Assembly (NCBI GenBank): GCA_001595785.1
Contig: LSSJ01000038.1
Location: 3,020 to 67,019 of the forward strand
Direction of reading: 5' to 3'
Source: Euryarchaeota archaeon SM23-78
GTDB lineage: Archaea > Nanobdellota > Nanobdellia > Woesearchaeales > SM23-78
Length of the DNA stretch: 64,000 nt
Shown: positions 45,180 to 54,156 of the stretch, piece by piece
Layout: each line of letters begins with the position of its first letter
How positions within the stretch are numbered: position 1 is the stretch's first letter
Translations under genes and position numbers: made by a program
The notes under the pieces: model-generated
What the model was told of the DNA's origin: nothing
Seen by the model: the letters and a program-made list of their open reading frames with translations, nothing else
Database searches by the model: none

Positions 45180-45398
45180 TTGTGCCTAGCAATACCTGGT
45201 AAAGTAGTAAGTATTGATAAGGAGAAAGGCTTTGCAACAGTTAATTATTCTGGGGAGCAGAGAAAGGCAAGCACACAGCTAGTTGAGGTTAAGCCAGGGG
45301 ATTATGTAATTGTACAAGCACAGTTTATTATCCAGAAGATTCCTAAAAAAGAAGCCTTAGAGGCGATAAAGGTATGGCAGGAGAACGAAAAGAAATAA
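45180..45398 (+). CDS. hypC: Hydrogenase assembly chaperone HypC/HupF
   Basis: TTG start giving MCLAIPGKVVSI..., then GDYVIVQAQFIIQKI. This is the canonical HypC N-terminal Cys and OB core. Confidence 0.85.
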   Translation: MCLAIPGKVVSIDKEKGFATVNYSGEQRKASTQLVEVKPGDYVIVQAQFIIQKIPKKEALEAIKVWQENEKK

Positions 45399-45880
45399 GC
45401 TCTGAAACTCCTGAAAGGTATTTCTTGAAATATGCTTATCCTTGTTCTTTTGTGCTTGTTGATTTAGGCAAGATAACAGATGAAAAAAGAAAAGAATTGG
45501 AGAAACAACTCTTAAACAATGAGCCAATTGACAGAACAGAACTTGAGAACATTTTCAAAGCAGCCTTTAAGAGACTAAAAGAAATTGCAAAAGAGATGAA
45601 AAAGGATTACTGGGACTTAGAGGTTATTAAGGAGTATTTTTTTGGAGAAAAACACAATGATTTTATTGATAAACAAGAAGGCATGTACTCTGAGTTTAGC
45701 CCTACTATTAGAGAGCTTTGCAAGGTTCATAAAGCAGAGGTTACTGAAAAAAGAGAAAATATTCTGACAGTGAAGTATGCAGGTATTGCAAGAAATGTGT
45801 TTGCTACTTTAGTACCAGATGCTAAAGTTGGTGACAAAGTTACTGTTCACTGGGCTTTTGCAATAGAGAAGGTTGCTTGA
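45374..45880 (+). CDS. Hypothetical protein with HypC-like C-terminal segment
   Basis: 168 aa, overlapping hypC by 25 nt. The C-terminus, VGDKVTVHWAFAIEKV, echoes the HypC GDYVLVHAGFAI motif. Confidence 0.45.
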   Translation: MAGERKEISSETPERYFLKYAYPCSFVLVDLGKITDEKRKELEKQLLNNEPIDRTELENIFKAAFKRLKEIAKEMKKDYWDLEVIKEYFFGEKHNDFIDKQEGMYSEFSPTIRELCKVHKAEVTEKRENILTVKYAGIARNVFATLVPDAKVGDKVTVHWAFAIEKVA

Positions 45881-46758
45881 AGTTTCTTTAAGATTGTTGA
45901 GAACCAAACAACAGAGGTTAAGCCTAGGACTAATAGAATTATTCCAACAATCTGAGAAGGCACGATTACTACATCTGCAAAGAGAAGGTTAAGAACCGTT
46001 GTTATTACAGAGCCAAGCAGCAAAATACTTGTTGCAACACTTGCTTTTATATGCTTTAAACCAGAGTACCAGGTAAATACATAGCTAAGCAAGAAAAGAG
46101 ATGTTACAAGTATCCATAGGAAGTGTGAGCTTGTTAATGATGTTACTAAAACCAGTTTTCCTGTTGCTACTAAAAACACAATGATTAGCAATGAACCAAA
46201 GAACATCCTGCCAAAAGCAACCACTTTACTATCTAATGTTTTTAGAGCATGTTTTGAAATAACAGTTTCTATACCCCAGAACAAGGTTGCTGCTAGTATC
46301 AATATATCACCTGTTGCAAACACAAAATTATTTAGTTTTAGTAAAAGGAAATTGCCGGTGAGCAGAAGAATGGCTCCAATAATTATTCCTTTGTTCAGTT
46401 TTTCTTTTAAAAAAATCAGTGCCAAGATCCCAACCCATACAAACATGGTCTTATGAATAAAAGCTCCTTGGGCTGCACTAGTTAATTGTAAGCCTCTAAA
46501 GAACAATAAGAAAGGAATGCTGCCTCCGAATAATCCTATTAAGAATAGCTTTCCAAGGTCTTTTTTTGACAGGGCTCTTAATTTCTTAAAGTCCATTGCC
46601 AGCAGAATTAATGAGAACAAAAAGATAGCCACAAGTATATTTTTTGCACCTGTGAAAAGAAAAGCATCAATTCCTCTAACCCCAAATTTATTTATGAATA
46701 TAGATACTCCTGAAATAACTGCGGTTCCTAGAACAAAAAATAACCCTCTCCTCTTCAT
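45847..46758 (-). CDS. EamA/DMT-family transporter
   Basis: 303 aa with 10 TM segments in two similar halves. Confidence 0.75.
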   Translation of the reverse strand: MKRRGLFFVLGTAVISGVSIFINKFGVRGIDAFLFTGAKNILVAIFLFSLILLAMDFKKLRALSKKDLGKLFLIGLFGGSIPFLLFFRGLQLTSAAQGAFIHKTMFVWVGILALIFLKEKLNKGIIIGAILLLTGNFLLLKLNNFVFATGDILILAATLFWGIETVISKHALKTLDSKVVAFGRMFFGSLLIIVFLVATGKLVLVTSLTSSHFLWILVTSLFLLSYVFTWYSGLKHIKASVATSILLLGSVITTVLNLLFADVVIVPSQIVGIILLVLGLTSVVWFSTILKKLQATFSIAKAQ

Positions 46759-46809
46759 GACAATCTTTAAATAAAGGGTTGTATTTATATGTTTTGGTGT
46801 GAGTGAAAA

Positions 46810-47187
46810 ATGAAAAAAATCTTAGTGTTTGGTAACCCTTATCTAAAAGAAGATAATCTTGCTGTTAAGATAGCAAAGAAAATCAAAGTGGCTGGAGTTG
46901 AGATTGTGCACTGTACAAACCCTGACGACCTCTTAAACCATGACATGAACCAAAGCATTATCCTGGATGTTGCCAAAGGCATAGATAAAGTTGATGTTTT
47001 TGATGATATTGACAGCCTTGAGTTTAGTGTGATTTTTTCTCTGCATGACTTTGATTTAAGTTATTTCTTAAAAATATTAAAAGAGACTGGAAAGCTTGAA
47101 AGAGTTAAAATAATAGGGATACCGCAGACATATGATGAGGCTAGAGCTGTTAAAGAAGTTAAAGAATTAATCAATAAAATAACTTAA
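46810..47187 (+). CDS. Hydrogenase maturation endopeptidase (HycI/FrhD-like)
   Basis: 125 aa. ILVFGNPYLKEDN, IILDVAKG, SLHDFDL and IIGIP correspond to the metal-ligand Asp/Asp/His layout of HycI-type proteases. Confidence 0.6.
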   Translation: MKKILVFGNPYLKEDNLAVKIAKKIKVAGVEIVHCTNPDDLLNHDMNQSIILDVAKGIDKVDVFDDIDSLEFSVIFSLHDFDLSYFLKILKETGKLERVKIIGIPQTYDEARAVKEVKELINKIT

Positions 47188-47204
47188 GAAAGAAAATAAA
47201 TAAT

Positions 47205-47876
47205 TTAAGGATATCTGGCTGACAAAATTCCAGTGGCTGTTTGCTCATATGTACCTCCTGATAAAAGATATTTAATAGTAATATCTTGTGAATAAGTTTC
47301 ACCACTTATTCCAGGAGTTCCAGGGCAGGTAAATTTAACTGTTTCTCCATTACTTATAGCAACCCCTGCTGGCGTACACTCGTTTTCAACAGTTACAGTT
47401 ACTGAACTAATATCCCTTCCCTGAGCATTAAAAAGCGAAAAAGTGACTGTTCCGTCTGCGCCAATATTATAATCAAAGCAGTCAAAGCCTGCTTCTATAG
47501 TGCATCTTGTCGGTATAAAGGCAGTTGGTTCCATTACTCCATAATAAGCTAAGAAGACAGTTACTATTAGTACAAATATTATTATAGGTAACACAATGCT
47601 AAGGATTATTCCTGTAACTGCCAAGCCTTTTCCTTTTTGATTAGGGTCTTTTTTTATTTGAACCAAAGCAATTATTCCAAATATTAATCCTAAAAGAGGA
47701 AAAAGAAGGGCAAATATTAGTGATAAAATGGCCATAACATTAGTTTTTTGCTCAGTGGGTAGCTGTGGTGCTTGAGTTGGTTGTTCAGGTCTTGGTAGGG
47801 GTGTTGATTGAGATCTAGATGGGGGTGTTGGCGGAGAATTTGGTGGGGGTTGTGGAGGAGTTTGAATAGATACCAT
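47205..47876 (-). CDS. DUF4190-like membrane protein with Pro-rich N-terminus and small Cys-containing ectodomain
   Basis: N-terminus QTPPQPPPNSPPTPP..., then two TMs with IALVQIKKDPNQKGKGLAVTGIIL, then a beta-rich C-terminal domain. Confidence 0.55.
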   Translation of the reverse strand: MVSIQTPPQPPPNSPPTPPSRSQSTPLPRPEQPTQAPQLPTEQKTNVMAILSLIFALLFPLLGLIFGIIALVQIKKDPNQKGKGLAVTGIILSIVLPIIIFVLIVTVFLAYYGVMEPTAFIPTRCTIEAGFDCFDYNIGADGTVTFSLFNAQGRDISSVTVTVENECTPAGVAISNGETVKFTCPGTPGISGETYSQDITIKYLLSGGTYEQTATGILSARYP

Positions 47877-47987
47877 TATGTTTCACCTCTAATTTATCAA
47901 TCGGTTTTTATCTTTAAATAACTTTTGATTAATTATTATCTATTAATAATAACCTTTAAATACCTGCTTTTGCTTTTCTTATTGATT

Positions 47988-48941
47988 ATGGGTAAGGTTT
48001 TGGGAAAAAAGAGGTTGTATGAGTTCCTAGAAAAGGTTTCTAAAGGTGCTGACTTAATTGCTCCTGTTAAAACAGATACGCTTAGGTTTGGAATTATTAA
48101 GGATTTTAATGACATCTGCCTTGAGGGCAGGCCTCTTTTTCCTCTTAAGAAGTTCTTTTCACCTGCAAAACAAGACTTGTTCAGGTTGAACCTTGGTGAA
48201 AAAGACGAGCCTTTCAAGGAAGAGAAAATAATGATTAAGCCCAGGGTTATATTCGGCGGTAGACTATGTGATTTTAACGGCTTATTAAAGCTTGATAAAC
48301 TTTTCTTGTCAGAAGAATTCCAGGATGATTATTACAAGGAAGCCAGGGAAAAAACCTTGCTGATTGGCATTAACTGTGACCCACCTCCCAGCAAGTATTG
48401 TTTTTGCGAGTCAATGGATTTAGAGAAATATTATGATTTATTCTTTCATGACATGGGAGATAAGTATTATATTGAGTCAGGCAGTGCTAAAGGACAAGCC
48501 TTAATAATGGATTTAGAGGATTATGACTTCTTGATGCCTAATATTCATTGTGAAAAAAAGCTGGTTAGGAAAGAGCTTGCTCAGCACTATGAAGACCCTG
48601 CTTGGGAGCAAGAGAATGAGAAGTGTCTTAGCTGTGGAAAATGCACTTCTCACTGCACTACTTGTCTCTGCTTTGATATGCTTGATGAGATGCAAGCTAA
48701 TCTTAAAAATGGTAAGCGCTCCAAGGAATGGGATTCGTGCCAGTTTGAAAACTTCACTCTTGTTGCAGGAGGTCTTGTTTTCAGAAAGGAGCGGCTTCCC
48801 AGGTTTAAACACAGGATTTATCATAAACTGCAGTACTTTAGGGAAAAGTTTGGCATGGACATGTGCACTGGGTGTGGCAGATGCATTGAGGCTTGTCCTA
48901 GGTTGATTGATTTTACAGAGGTGATTAATAAGTTCAAATAA
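47988..48941 (+). CDS. hydB: Sulfhydrogenase (group 3b NiFe hydrogenase) beta subunit, 4Fe-4S protein
   Basis: ATG 47988 (MGKVLGKKRLYEFLEK); the track start 47925 adds an unlikely hydrophobic leader. Cluster motifs are CLSCGKCTSHCTTCLC and CTGCGRCIEACP (AsrA-like). Confidence 0.75.
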   Translation: MGKVLGKKRLYEFLEKVSKGADLIAPVKTDTLRFGIIKDFNDICLEGRPLFPLKKFFSPAKQDLFRLNLGEKDEPFKEEKIMIKPRVIFGGRLCDFNGLLKLDKLFLSEEFQDDYYKEAREKTLLIGINCDPPPSKYCFCESMDLEKYYDLFFHDMGDKYYIESGSAKGQALIMDLEDYDFLMPNIHCEKKLVRKELAQHYEDPAWEQENEKCLSCGKCTSHCTTCLCFDMLDEMQANLKNGKRSKEWDSCQFENFTLVAGGLVFRKERLPRFKHRIYHKLQYFREKFGMDMCTGCGRCIEACPRLIDFTEVINKFK

Positions 48942-48953
48942 AGAGAAGGAAAA

Positions 48954-49754
48954 ATGTTATTCAAATCAGAAACTTTCAAGATTGTGAAAAAAGAGAAGCA
49001 AACAGAGGATGATTGTTTGTTTAGGCTAGAGCCTGTTGGCAAGAAAAAAATAAAGCTTAGTTATGAACCAGGCCAGTTCTTTCAAGTATCTGCTCCTGGA
49101 ATTGGAGAAGCACCTTTCTCTGTTTGTTCATATGATAAAGAGTTTATTGAATTCAACATCCGAGGATTAGGAGATGTTACTAATCATTTATTAAAGCTAG
49201 AGCCAAGCGATAAAATATGTCTTAGAGGTCCTTATGGCACCAGCTATCCAATGGAACAATTAAAAGGTAACAGCCTGGTGATTATTGGTGGAGGCACAGG
49301 CGTGGCTCCTCTTAGAGGGGTGTTAAAGTATCTTGAGAAGCACAGAGCTGATTATGATAGAGTGCATCTCTTCTTTGGTTTTAGAGATCCTAATGAAATC
49401 TTGTTTAAGAAGGATATGGAGCAGTGGAACAGAATCTTTGACCTAAACCTGACTGTTGATAAAGCACCTGATAGTTATACAGGCAAGGTTGGTTTAGTCA
49501 CTAAGATTGTTGAGGAGTCAGGTCTTAATAACAAGAAAAAAGCAGTTATGATATGCGGTCCTCCAATAATGATAAAGTTCACAATCCTGACTCTGGAGAA
49601 GCTTGGATTTCACCATGACCAAATCTTTGTGAGCTTTGAGAGAAGAATGAAGTGCGGGGTTGGCATGTGCGGTCACTGCATGATATCAGGTTTGTATGTT
49701 TGCAAGGATGGTCCTGTTTTTAGATATGATAAGGTTAAAGGGTTGCATGAGTAG
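48954..49754 (+). CDS. hydG: Sulfhydrogenase gamma subunit (FAD/NAD(P)-binding, 2Fe-2S)
   Basis: Ferredoxin-NADP-reductase-like fold (GQFFQV, GGGTGVAPL) with the C-terminal motif CGVGMCGHC. Confidence 0.8.
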   Translation: MLFKSETFKIVKKEKQTEDDCLFRLEPVGKKKIKLSYEPGQFFQVSAPGIGEAPFSVCSYDKEFIEFNIRGLGDVTNHLLKLEPSDKICLRGPYGTSYPMEQLKGNSLVIIGGGTGVAPLRGVLKYLEKHRADYDRVHLFFGFRDPNEILFKKDMEQWNRIFDLNLTVDKAPDSYTGKVGLVTKIVEESGLNNKKKAVMICGPPIMIKFTILTLEKLGFHHDQIFVSFERRMKCGVGMCGHCMISGLYVCKDGPVFRYDKVKGLHE

Positions 49755-49862
49755 AATTAATAAGTCTGTCCGGCGTTTGAGAACTCGATACTTATTGTTT
49801 AAAATTTTGAAGTTAAAATAAAAATAATTATTTGCTCGCTCGCTTTGCTCGCGAGGGAAAAG
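49755..49862 (+). promoter_or_regulatory. Conserved ~110-nt intercistronic module (hydG-hydD spacer)
   Basis: Reads AATTAAT..GTCCGGCGTTTGAGAAC, then an AT-rich stretch with GTTTAAAAT and AAATAAAAAT, then GCTCGCTCGCTTTGCTCGCGAGGGAAAAG and ATG. The same layout and boxes occur in the porD-porA spacer. Confidence 0.6.
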
Positions 49863-50666
49863 ATGAAAAAGACAAAAAAAGCATCAAAAGCAAAAAAGCC
49901 TAGAGTAGGCATCCAGAGCATTACTGGGTGTGCTGGCTGCCAGTTAAGTTTATACTTCATAGAGGATGTCCTGCTTGAACTGTTTGATAAGATAGAGTTG
50001 GTTGCTGCTCCAATGATTAAGGGTAAGAATGAAGAAGAAAATTATGATATTTTATTTGTTGAGGGCAGTGTTAGTTCAAAAGAAGACTTGGAAAATCTGC
50101 TTAAGTGGAGAAAACAAGCTAAGTTCTTGATTGCTCTGGGGGCGTGTGCTTCTCATGGTTGCATGCAGTCAATGAAGCACATGATGCATGAAGAAGAAGT
50201 AGAAGCAGCTGTTTATAATAAGTTTCCTTCTGATAAAAGATTAAAGCCAATTACTGCTGTTCCTTTACATAAGCATGTTCAAGTTGATTTTTACATCCCT
50301 GGTTGTCCTCCTGACAAAGAGGAAATTGAAAGGGTGCTTAAATGGCTTTTACAAGGCATAAAACCAAGGGTTTATGACAAGGCTGTTTGTCATGAGTGCA
50401 GTTTAAAAGAAAATTATTGCTTGTTAGATCAAGGGATAGAATGCTTAGGGCCTTTGATGAACGGTGGATGCAAAGCCTTATGTCCTGATTATAATCATCC
50501 CTGTACTGGATGCAGAGGCATGCTTGATGATGCTAATCTTAAGTCAGGCAAAGAGATATTAAGGGATAAAGGCTTTGACCCTGACTTAATGATAAAGAGG
50601 ATGACTAAATATAATACTTTACAGTTCATGGAGTTTGAGAGTAAGCCTAAGGAAGAGAAAAAGTAA
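49863..50666 (+). CDS. hydD: Sulfhydrogenase delta (small) subunit
   Basis: ATG 49863 follows GAGGGAAAAG. GCAGCQLS, GACASHGC and PGCPP are NiFe small-subunit/NuoB-like motifs. Confidence 0.85.
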   Translation: MKKTKKASKAKKPRVGIQSITGCAGCQLSLYFIEDVLLELFDKIELVAAPMIKGKNEEENYDILFVEGSVSSKEDLENLLKWRKQAKFLIALGACASHGCMQSMKHMMHEEEVEAAVYNKFPSDKRLKPITAVPLHKHVQVDFYIPGCPPDKEEIERVLKWLLQGIKPRVYDKAVCHECSLKENYCLLDQGIECLGPLMNGGCKALCPDYNHPCTGCRGMLDDANLKSGKEILRDKGFDPDLMIKRMTKYNTLQFMEFESKPKEEKK

Positions 50667-50672
50667 AAATGA

Positions 50673-50734
50673 CAAAAATAAAATTTTTGAATTCACAAAA
50701 GCAAAGCTTTTGGGACTCAAAATCAAAGATTTTG
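50673..50734 (+). repeat. Three consecutive 16-17-nt hairpins CAAAANN-AA(A)-NNTTTTG in the hydD-hydA spacer
   Basis: CAAAAAT-AAA-ATTTTTG (50673-50689), CAAAAGC-AA-GCTTTTG (50696-50711) and CAAAATC-AAA-GATTTTG (50718-50734). The inner two positions co-vary. Confidence 0.7.
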
Positions 50735-50763
50735 TTGTTTCAAATAAAAAACAAGATTTGAAA

Positions 50764-52047
50764 ATGCCAAGCATAAACTTAAATCACATCTGCAAAGTAG
50801 AAGGCCATGGTAGCTTGCACGTTGAGATAAAAGGCAGTAAGTTGATAAAGTGTAAGCTTGGTACTGTTGAAGGGGCTCGTTTCTTTGAAGGAATTGTTAA
50901 GGGTAAAAGACATGATGATGTTCAGGAGATTACTTCTAGGATTTGCGGTATCTGTTCTTGTGCTCATACAGTTGCAAGCTTGCAAGCCCTTGAGAATGCT
51001 ATGGGTGTAAAGGTTTCTGAGCAGACCAGGAGGTTGAGAGAACTCTTATCTATTGGCGAAAGGATTAGGAGTCATGCAACCCATCTTTACTTCCTTGCTC
51101 TTCCTGATTATCTTGGCTATGAATCAGCACTAGCAATGGTTAGCAAGTACAAAAAAGAGGTTCTCAGGGCTTTGCACCTGATAAAGTTGGGTAATAACAT
51201 GGTTCAAAGGATTGGGGGTAAAGAAATGCATCCCTTTACCAGTGTTATTGGAGGCTTTACTCATGTGCCTGATAAAAAAACTGTTAAGTATTTGCAAGCT
51301 GAGTTAAAAAAAGCTCTTCCAGAAGCAATATCAACTGCAAAGCTGTTCTTGAAATTAAAGCAACCAAAATTTGAAGCTGAAAAAGATTATCTTGCTTTAA
51401 ATCCAGAAAAAGACTCTCCGCTTATATCAGGAGACCTCATCTCTCTCAGCAGCCTGAACATAAAGCCAGCAGAGTACGACAAATTCATTGATGAGGAAGT
51501 AATGCCTTACTCAACAGCCAAGTTCTCAAAACTAAATGGAAAACTCTTTTGTGTTGGCAGCCTTGCAAGGATTAATACGAATTATGATAAGCTAAGCCCT
51601 ACAGCAAAGCAACTGTTTAAACAAGCAAAACTAGAATTACCAATACATAATCCTTATTATAACAATTTAATGCAGGCAATAGAGCTTGTTCACTGGGTTG
51701 AGAGGGGTTATGCTCTGCTTGACTATGATTTTAGGTTTGAGGGGCTTCCTAAAGTAAAGGCAAGAAGGGGTAGGGGAGTAAGTGCTGTTGAGGCTCCTAG
51801 AGGAATACTTTTCCACGACTATACTATTAATGAAAAAGGAGTTGTTGAGAAATGTAATATAATAACACCAACAGCTCAGAATCTTAGAGCAATAGAGGAT
51901 GATGTTAGGCTGTTGATTGAGCAAATGCTTAAGCAGAAAAAGAAAAAGTATAAGATTATCCTTGAAGTGGAAAAGCTTATAAGAGCTTATGACCCTTGCT
52001 TTTCATGCAGTGCTCATTTCTTAAAAGTAAAATGGGTTAAGAAGTGA
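50764..52047 (+). CDS. hydA: Sulfhydrogenase alpha (NiFe large) subunit
   Basis: ATG 50764 (MPSINLNHICKVEGHG). The N-terminal RICGICSCAH and C-terminal DPCFSCSAH Ni-binding motifs are followed by a short cleavable tail. Confidence 0.9.
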   Translation: MPSINLNHICKVEGHGSLHVEIKGSKLIKCKLGTVEGARFFEGIVKGKRHDDVQEITSRICGICSCAHTVASLQALENAMGVKVSEQTRRLRELLSIGERIRSHATHLYFLALPDYLGYESALAMVSKYKKEVLRALHLIKLGNNMVQRIGGKEMHPFTSVIGGFTHVPDKKTVKYLQAELKKALPEAISTAKLFLKLKQPKFEAEKDYLALNPEKDSPLISGDLISLSSLNIKPAEYDKFIDEEVMPYSTAKFSKLNGKLFCVGSLARINTNYDKLSPTAKQLFKQAKLELPIHNPYYNNLMQAIELVHWVERGYALLDYDFRFEGLPKVKARRGRGVSAVEAPRGILFHDYTINEKGVVEKCNIITPTAQNLRAIEDDVRLLIEQMLKQKKKKYKIILEVEKLIRAYDPCFSCSAHFLKVKWVKK

Positions 52048-52061
52048 TTTTTTTATCCGAA

Positions 52062-53042
52062 TTATTTGAAAAGCTTTTTTTCTAGCTCAGCAATCTTAGC
52101 CTGATAAGGCAACCATGCTTCAGGATATTTATCCCTGTCTTTTTCCTCAGTTTTTAAGAAATCGCCTAGGATTCTAACATACTTCTCCAGATGTGTGCCA
52201 TATTTCTCAGAATATTTCTTTATGTTTGTAATGGTTTCTTTTAGGAAATCAGGAGGAAAGTTTTCTGCGCTGTCCAAAATTCTTTTTACTCCATAACTAG
52301 AACCAACACCGCCTGCTATTGTATAAGGCGGAGGTGAGATTTTTAGGCGTGTAACTGTTTTTGGAGCAATTACATTCCTGAAGTTTAGGTTTCCAAAAAC
52401 AAAAACATCCTCTCCTATAAAACACTCAGGATAAATGATTGTGTTGCTAAAGCTTCTGCCTTGCGCCCATAAAGTCTTATCAGGTGCCTTGAATTCATGG
52501 TCATGCGTAAAGATGCTCACACCAGAAGCACAGTTAAAAGCACCATAAATGATTATTTTTCCACTACCATCTAGGTAAGTGTCTCCTCTAAGGCCTGTTA
52601 TGAACACTTTTTTGCCCCCTGTTAAGATGGTTATATTTGAAGGGTTGAATTTTACTAGGTCTCCTCCTTCTGGATTATCAAATCTTACTCCTGTTCTTAT
52701 GTCCAGTTTAGAAAAATCATCACATTTTATCCCAGAGTATTTCCACATAAGGCTCCTTAGTTTAGAAGTAGAACCGTCTCTTACTGAGAGCGGATGAGAG
52801 TCGACGTATTTTAATAGGAACTGGATAAATTGGTTCTGTACTGTTCTAATCTTTCTTGCTTCCTCGTCCTTTTCATCCTTTTGGTATTTCAAGTCAATAC
52901 TCTCAGATAAAAAGTTCTCAATAGAATCCAGTTTTTCCTCTCCATAGAACCAGCTATCAATAAGCTTTTCTGCTAGTTCAACTTTGTTGCGTGAAAGCAG
53001 GTCAGTTACCATTTTTCTTAATACACTCATCCCTTTTTTCAT
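52062..53042 (-). CDS. Hexapeptide-repeat (left-handed beta-helix) acyltransferase-like protein
   Basis: The C-terminal half, ...VSIFTHDHEF...CFIGEDVFVFGNLNF.NVIAPKTV...IAGGVGS, resembles LbH O-acetyltransferases. The N-terminal 120 aa are unassigned. Confidence 0.45.
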   Translation of the reverse strand: MKKGMSVLRKMVTDLLSRNKVELAEKLIDSWFYGEEKLDSIENFLSESIDLKYQKDEKDEEARKIRTVQNQFIQFLLKYVDSHPLSVRDGSTSKLRSLMWKYSGIKCDDFSKLDIRTGVRFDNPEGGDLVKFNPSNITILTGGKKVFITGLRGDTYLDGSGKIIIYGAFNCASGVSIFTHDHEFKAPDKTLWAQGRSFSNTIIYPECFIGEDVFVFGNLNFRNVIAPKTVTRLKISPPPYTIAGGVGSSYGVKRILDSAENFPPDFLKETITNIKKYSEKYGTHLEKYVRILGDFLKTEEKDRDKYPEAWLPYQAKIAELEKKLFK

Positions 53043-53102
53043 ACGAGGAGAGAAAGAACACTCCTTTTTTAAACATTTTGCTTTTATTAAGTGATAAATA
53101 AA

Positions 53103-53112
53103 CTTTAAATAA
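53103..53112 (+). promoter_or_regulatory. Candidate TATA box (CTTTAAATAA) for pta-ackA
   Basis: Lies about 25-34 nt upstream of ATG 53137 with no SD in between, which is compatible with a leaderless mRNA. Confidence 0.3.
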
Positions 53113-53136
53113 GCTCTTTGGTGCTATATATTTAAA

Positions 53137-54117
53137 ATGAGGACTCTACTTGATAATTTAAAGGAAAAAGCAAAGCAAGATCCAAAGACTATCGTCTATG
53201 CAGAAGGCAGTGATGAAAGAGTTATAAGAGCAGCAGAGAGAGTGACAAAAGAGGGAATTGCAAAGATAATTCTTGTTGGTGATGAAAACAAGATTAATAA
53301 CAAGGCTCAGGAGCTAGGTGTTAGTCTGGAAGGCGTGAGAATAGTTAATCCTGCTAATTGTGCAGACTATGATAAGTATGCTAATGCTTTTTTTGAGCTA
53401 AGAAAACACAAAGGCATAACCTTTGATCAAGCAAAAGAAACCCTTCAGGACTGTGCTTATTTTGGTACCATGCTCGTGCAACTAGGAGAAGCTGATGGTC
53501 TTATCTCAGGAGCAGCACACCCAACAGCCCATACTCTGAGACCTGCGCTCCAAATAATTAAGACGCACGAGAAGTTCCACAAAGTATCTAGTGTTTTCTT
53601 GATGATGCTTGAAAACAGGCTTATCTTGTTTGCAGACTGCGCGGTTGAGATAGAACCTGATGCAAAAGACTTGGCTATTATTGCGATTGATACCGAGAAA
53701 ACTGCTAAGAAGTTTGGAATAGAGCCAAGAGTGGCAATGCTGTCATTCTCGACGCGTGACTCAGCAAAGCACCCCTTAGTTGACAAGGTGAAAGAAGCAA
53801 CTGCAATTGTAAAAGACAAAGCTCCTGATGTAATAGTAGAAGGAGAGATGCAGGTAGATGCTGCTCTTGTACCTGAAGTATGTGAGAAAAAGTTTCCTGG
53901 TTCAAAACTAAAAGGAGATGCTAATATTCTTATATTCCCAGACCTTAACTCTGGCAACATAGCTTATAAGCTGGTGCAGAGACTGGCCGGAGCCCACGCT
54001 GTAGGTCCTATCCTCCAAGGTCTTAGAAAGCCGGTTAATGATTTGTCAAGGGGCTGCAATGTTGAGGATGTAGTGGATGTAACTGTAATAACCGTTGTTG
54101 AGGCGCAGGGAGAATAG
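53137..54117 (+). CDS. pta: Phosphate acetyltransferase (short, Pta-I type)
   Basis: 326 aa with DPKTIVYAEGSDERVIRAA, ADGLISGAAHPTAHTLRPALQII and a PTA_PTB fold throughout. Confidence 0.9.
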   Translation: MRTLLDNLKEKAKQDPKTIVYAEGSDERVIRAAERVTKEGIAKIILVGDENKINNKAQELGVSLEGVRIVNPANCADYDKYANAFFELRKHKGITFDQAKETLQDCAYFGTMLVQLGEADGLISGAAHPTAHTLRPALQIIKTHEKFHKVSSVFLMMLENRLILFADCAVEIEPDAKDLAIIAIDTEKTAKKFGIEPRVAMLSFSTRDSAKHPLVDKVKEATAIVKDKAPDVIVEGEMQVDAALVPEVCEKKFPGSKLKGDANILIFPDLNSGNIAYKLVQRLAGAHAVGPILQGLRKPVNDLSRGCNVEDVVDVTVITVVEAQGE

Positions 54118-54156
54118 ATAAAATAAATAACAAAGATAATATAAAAGAGGTTTTTT

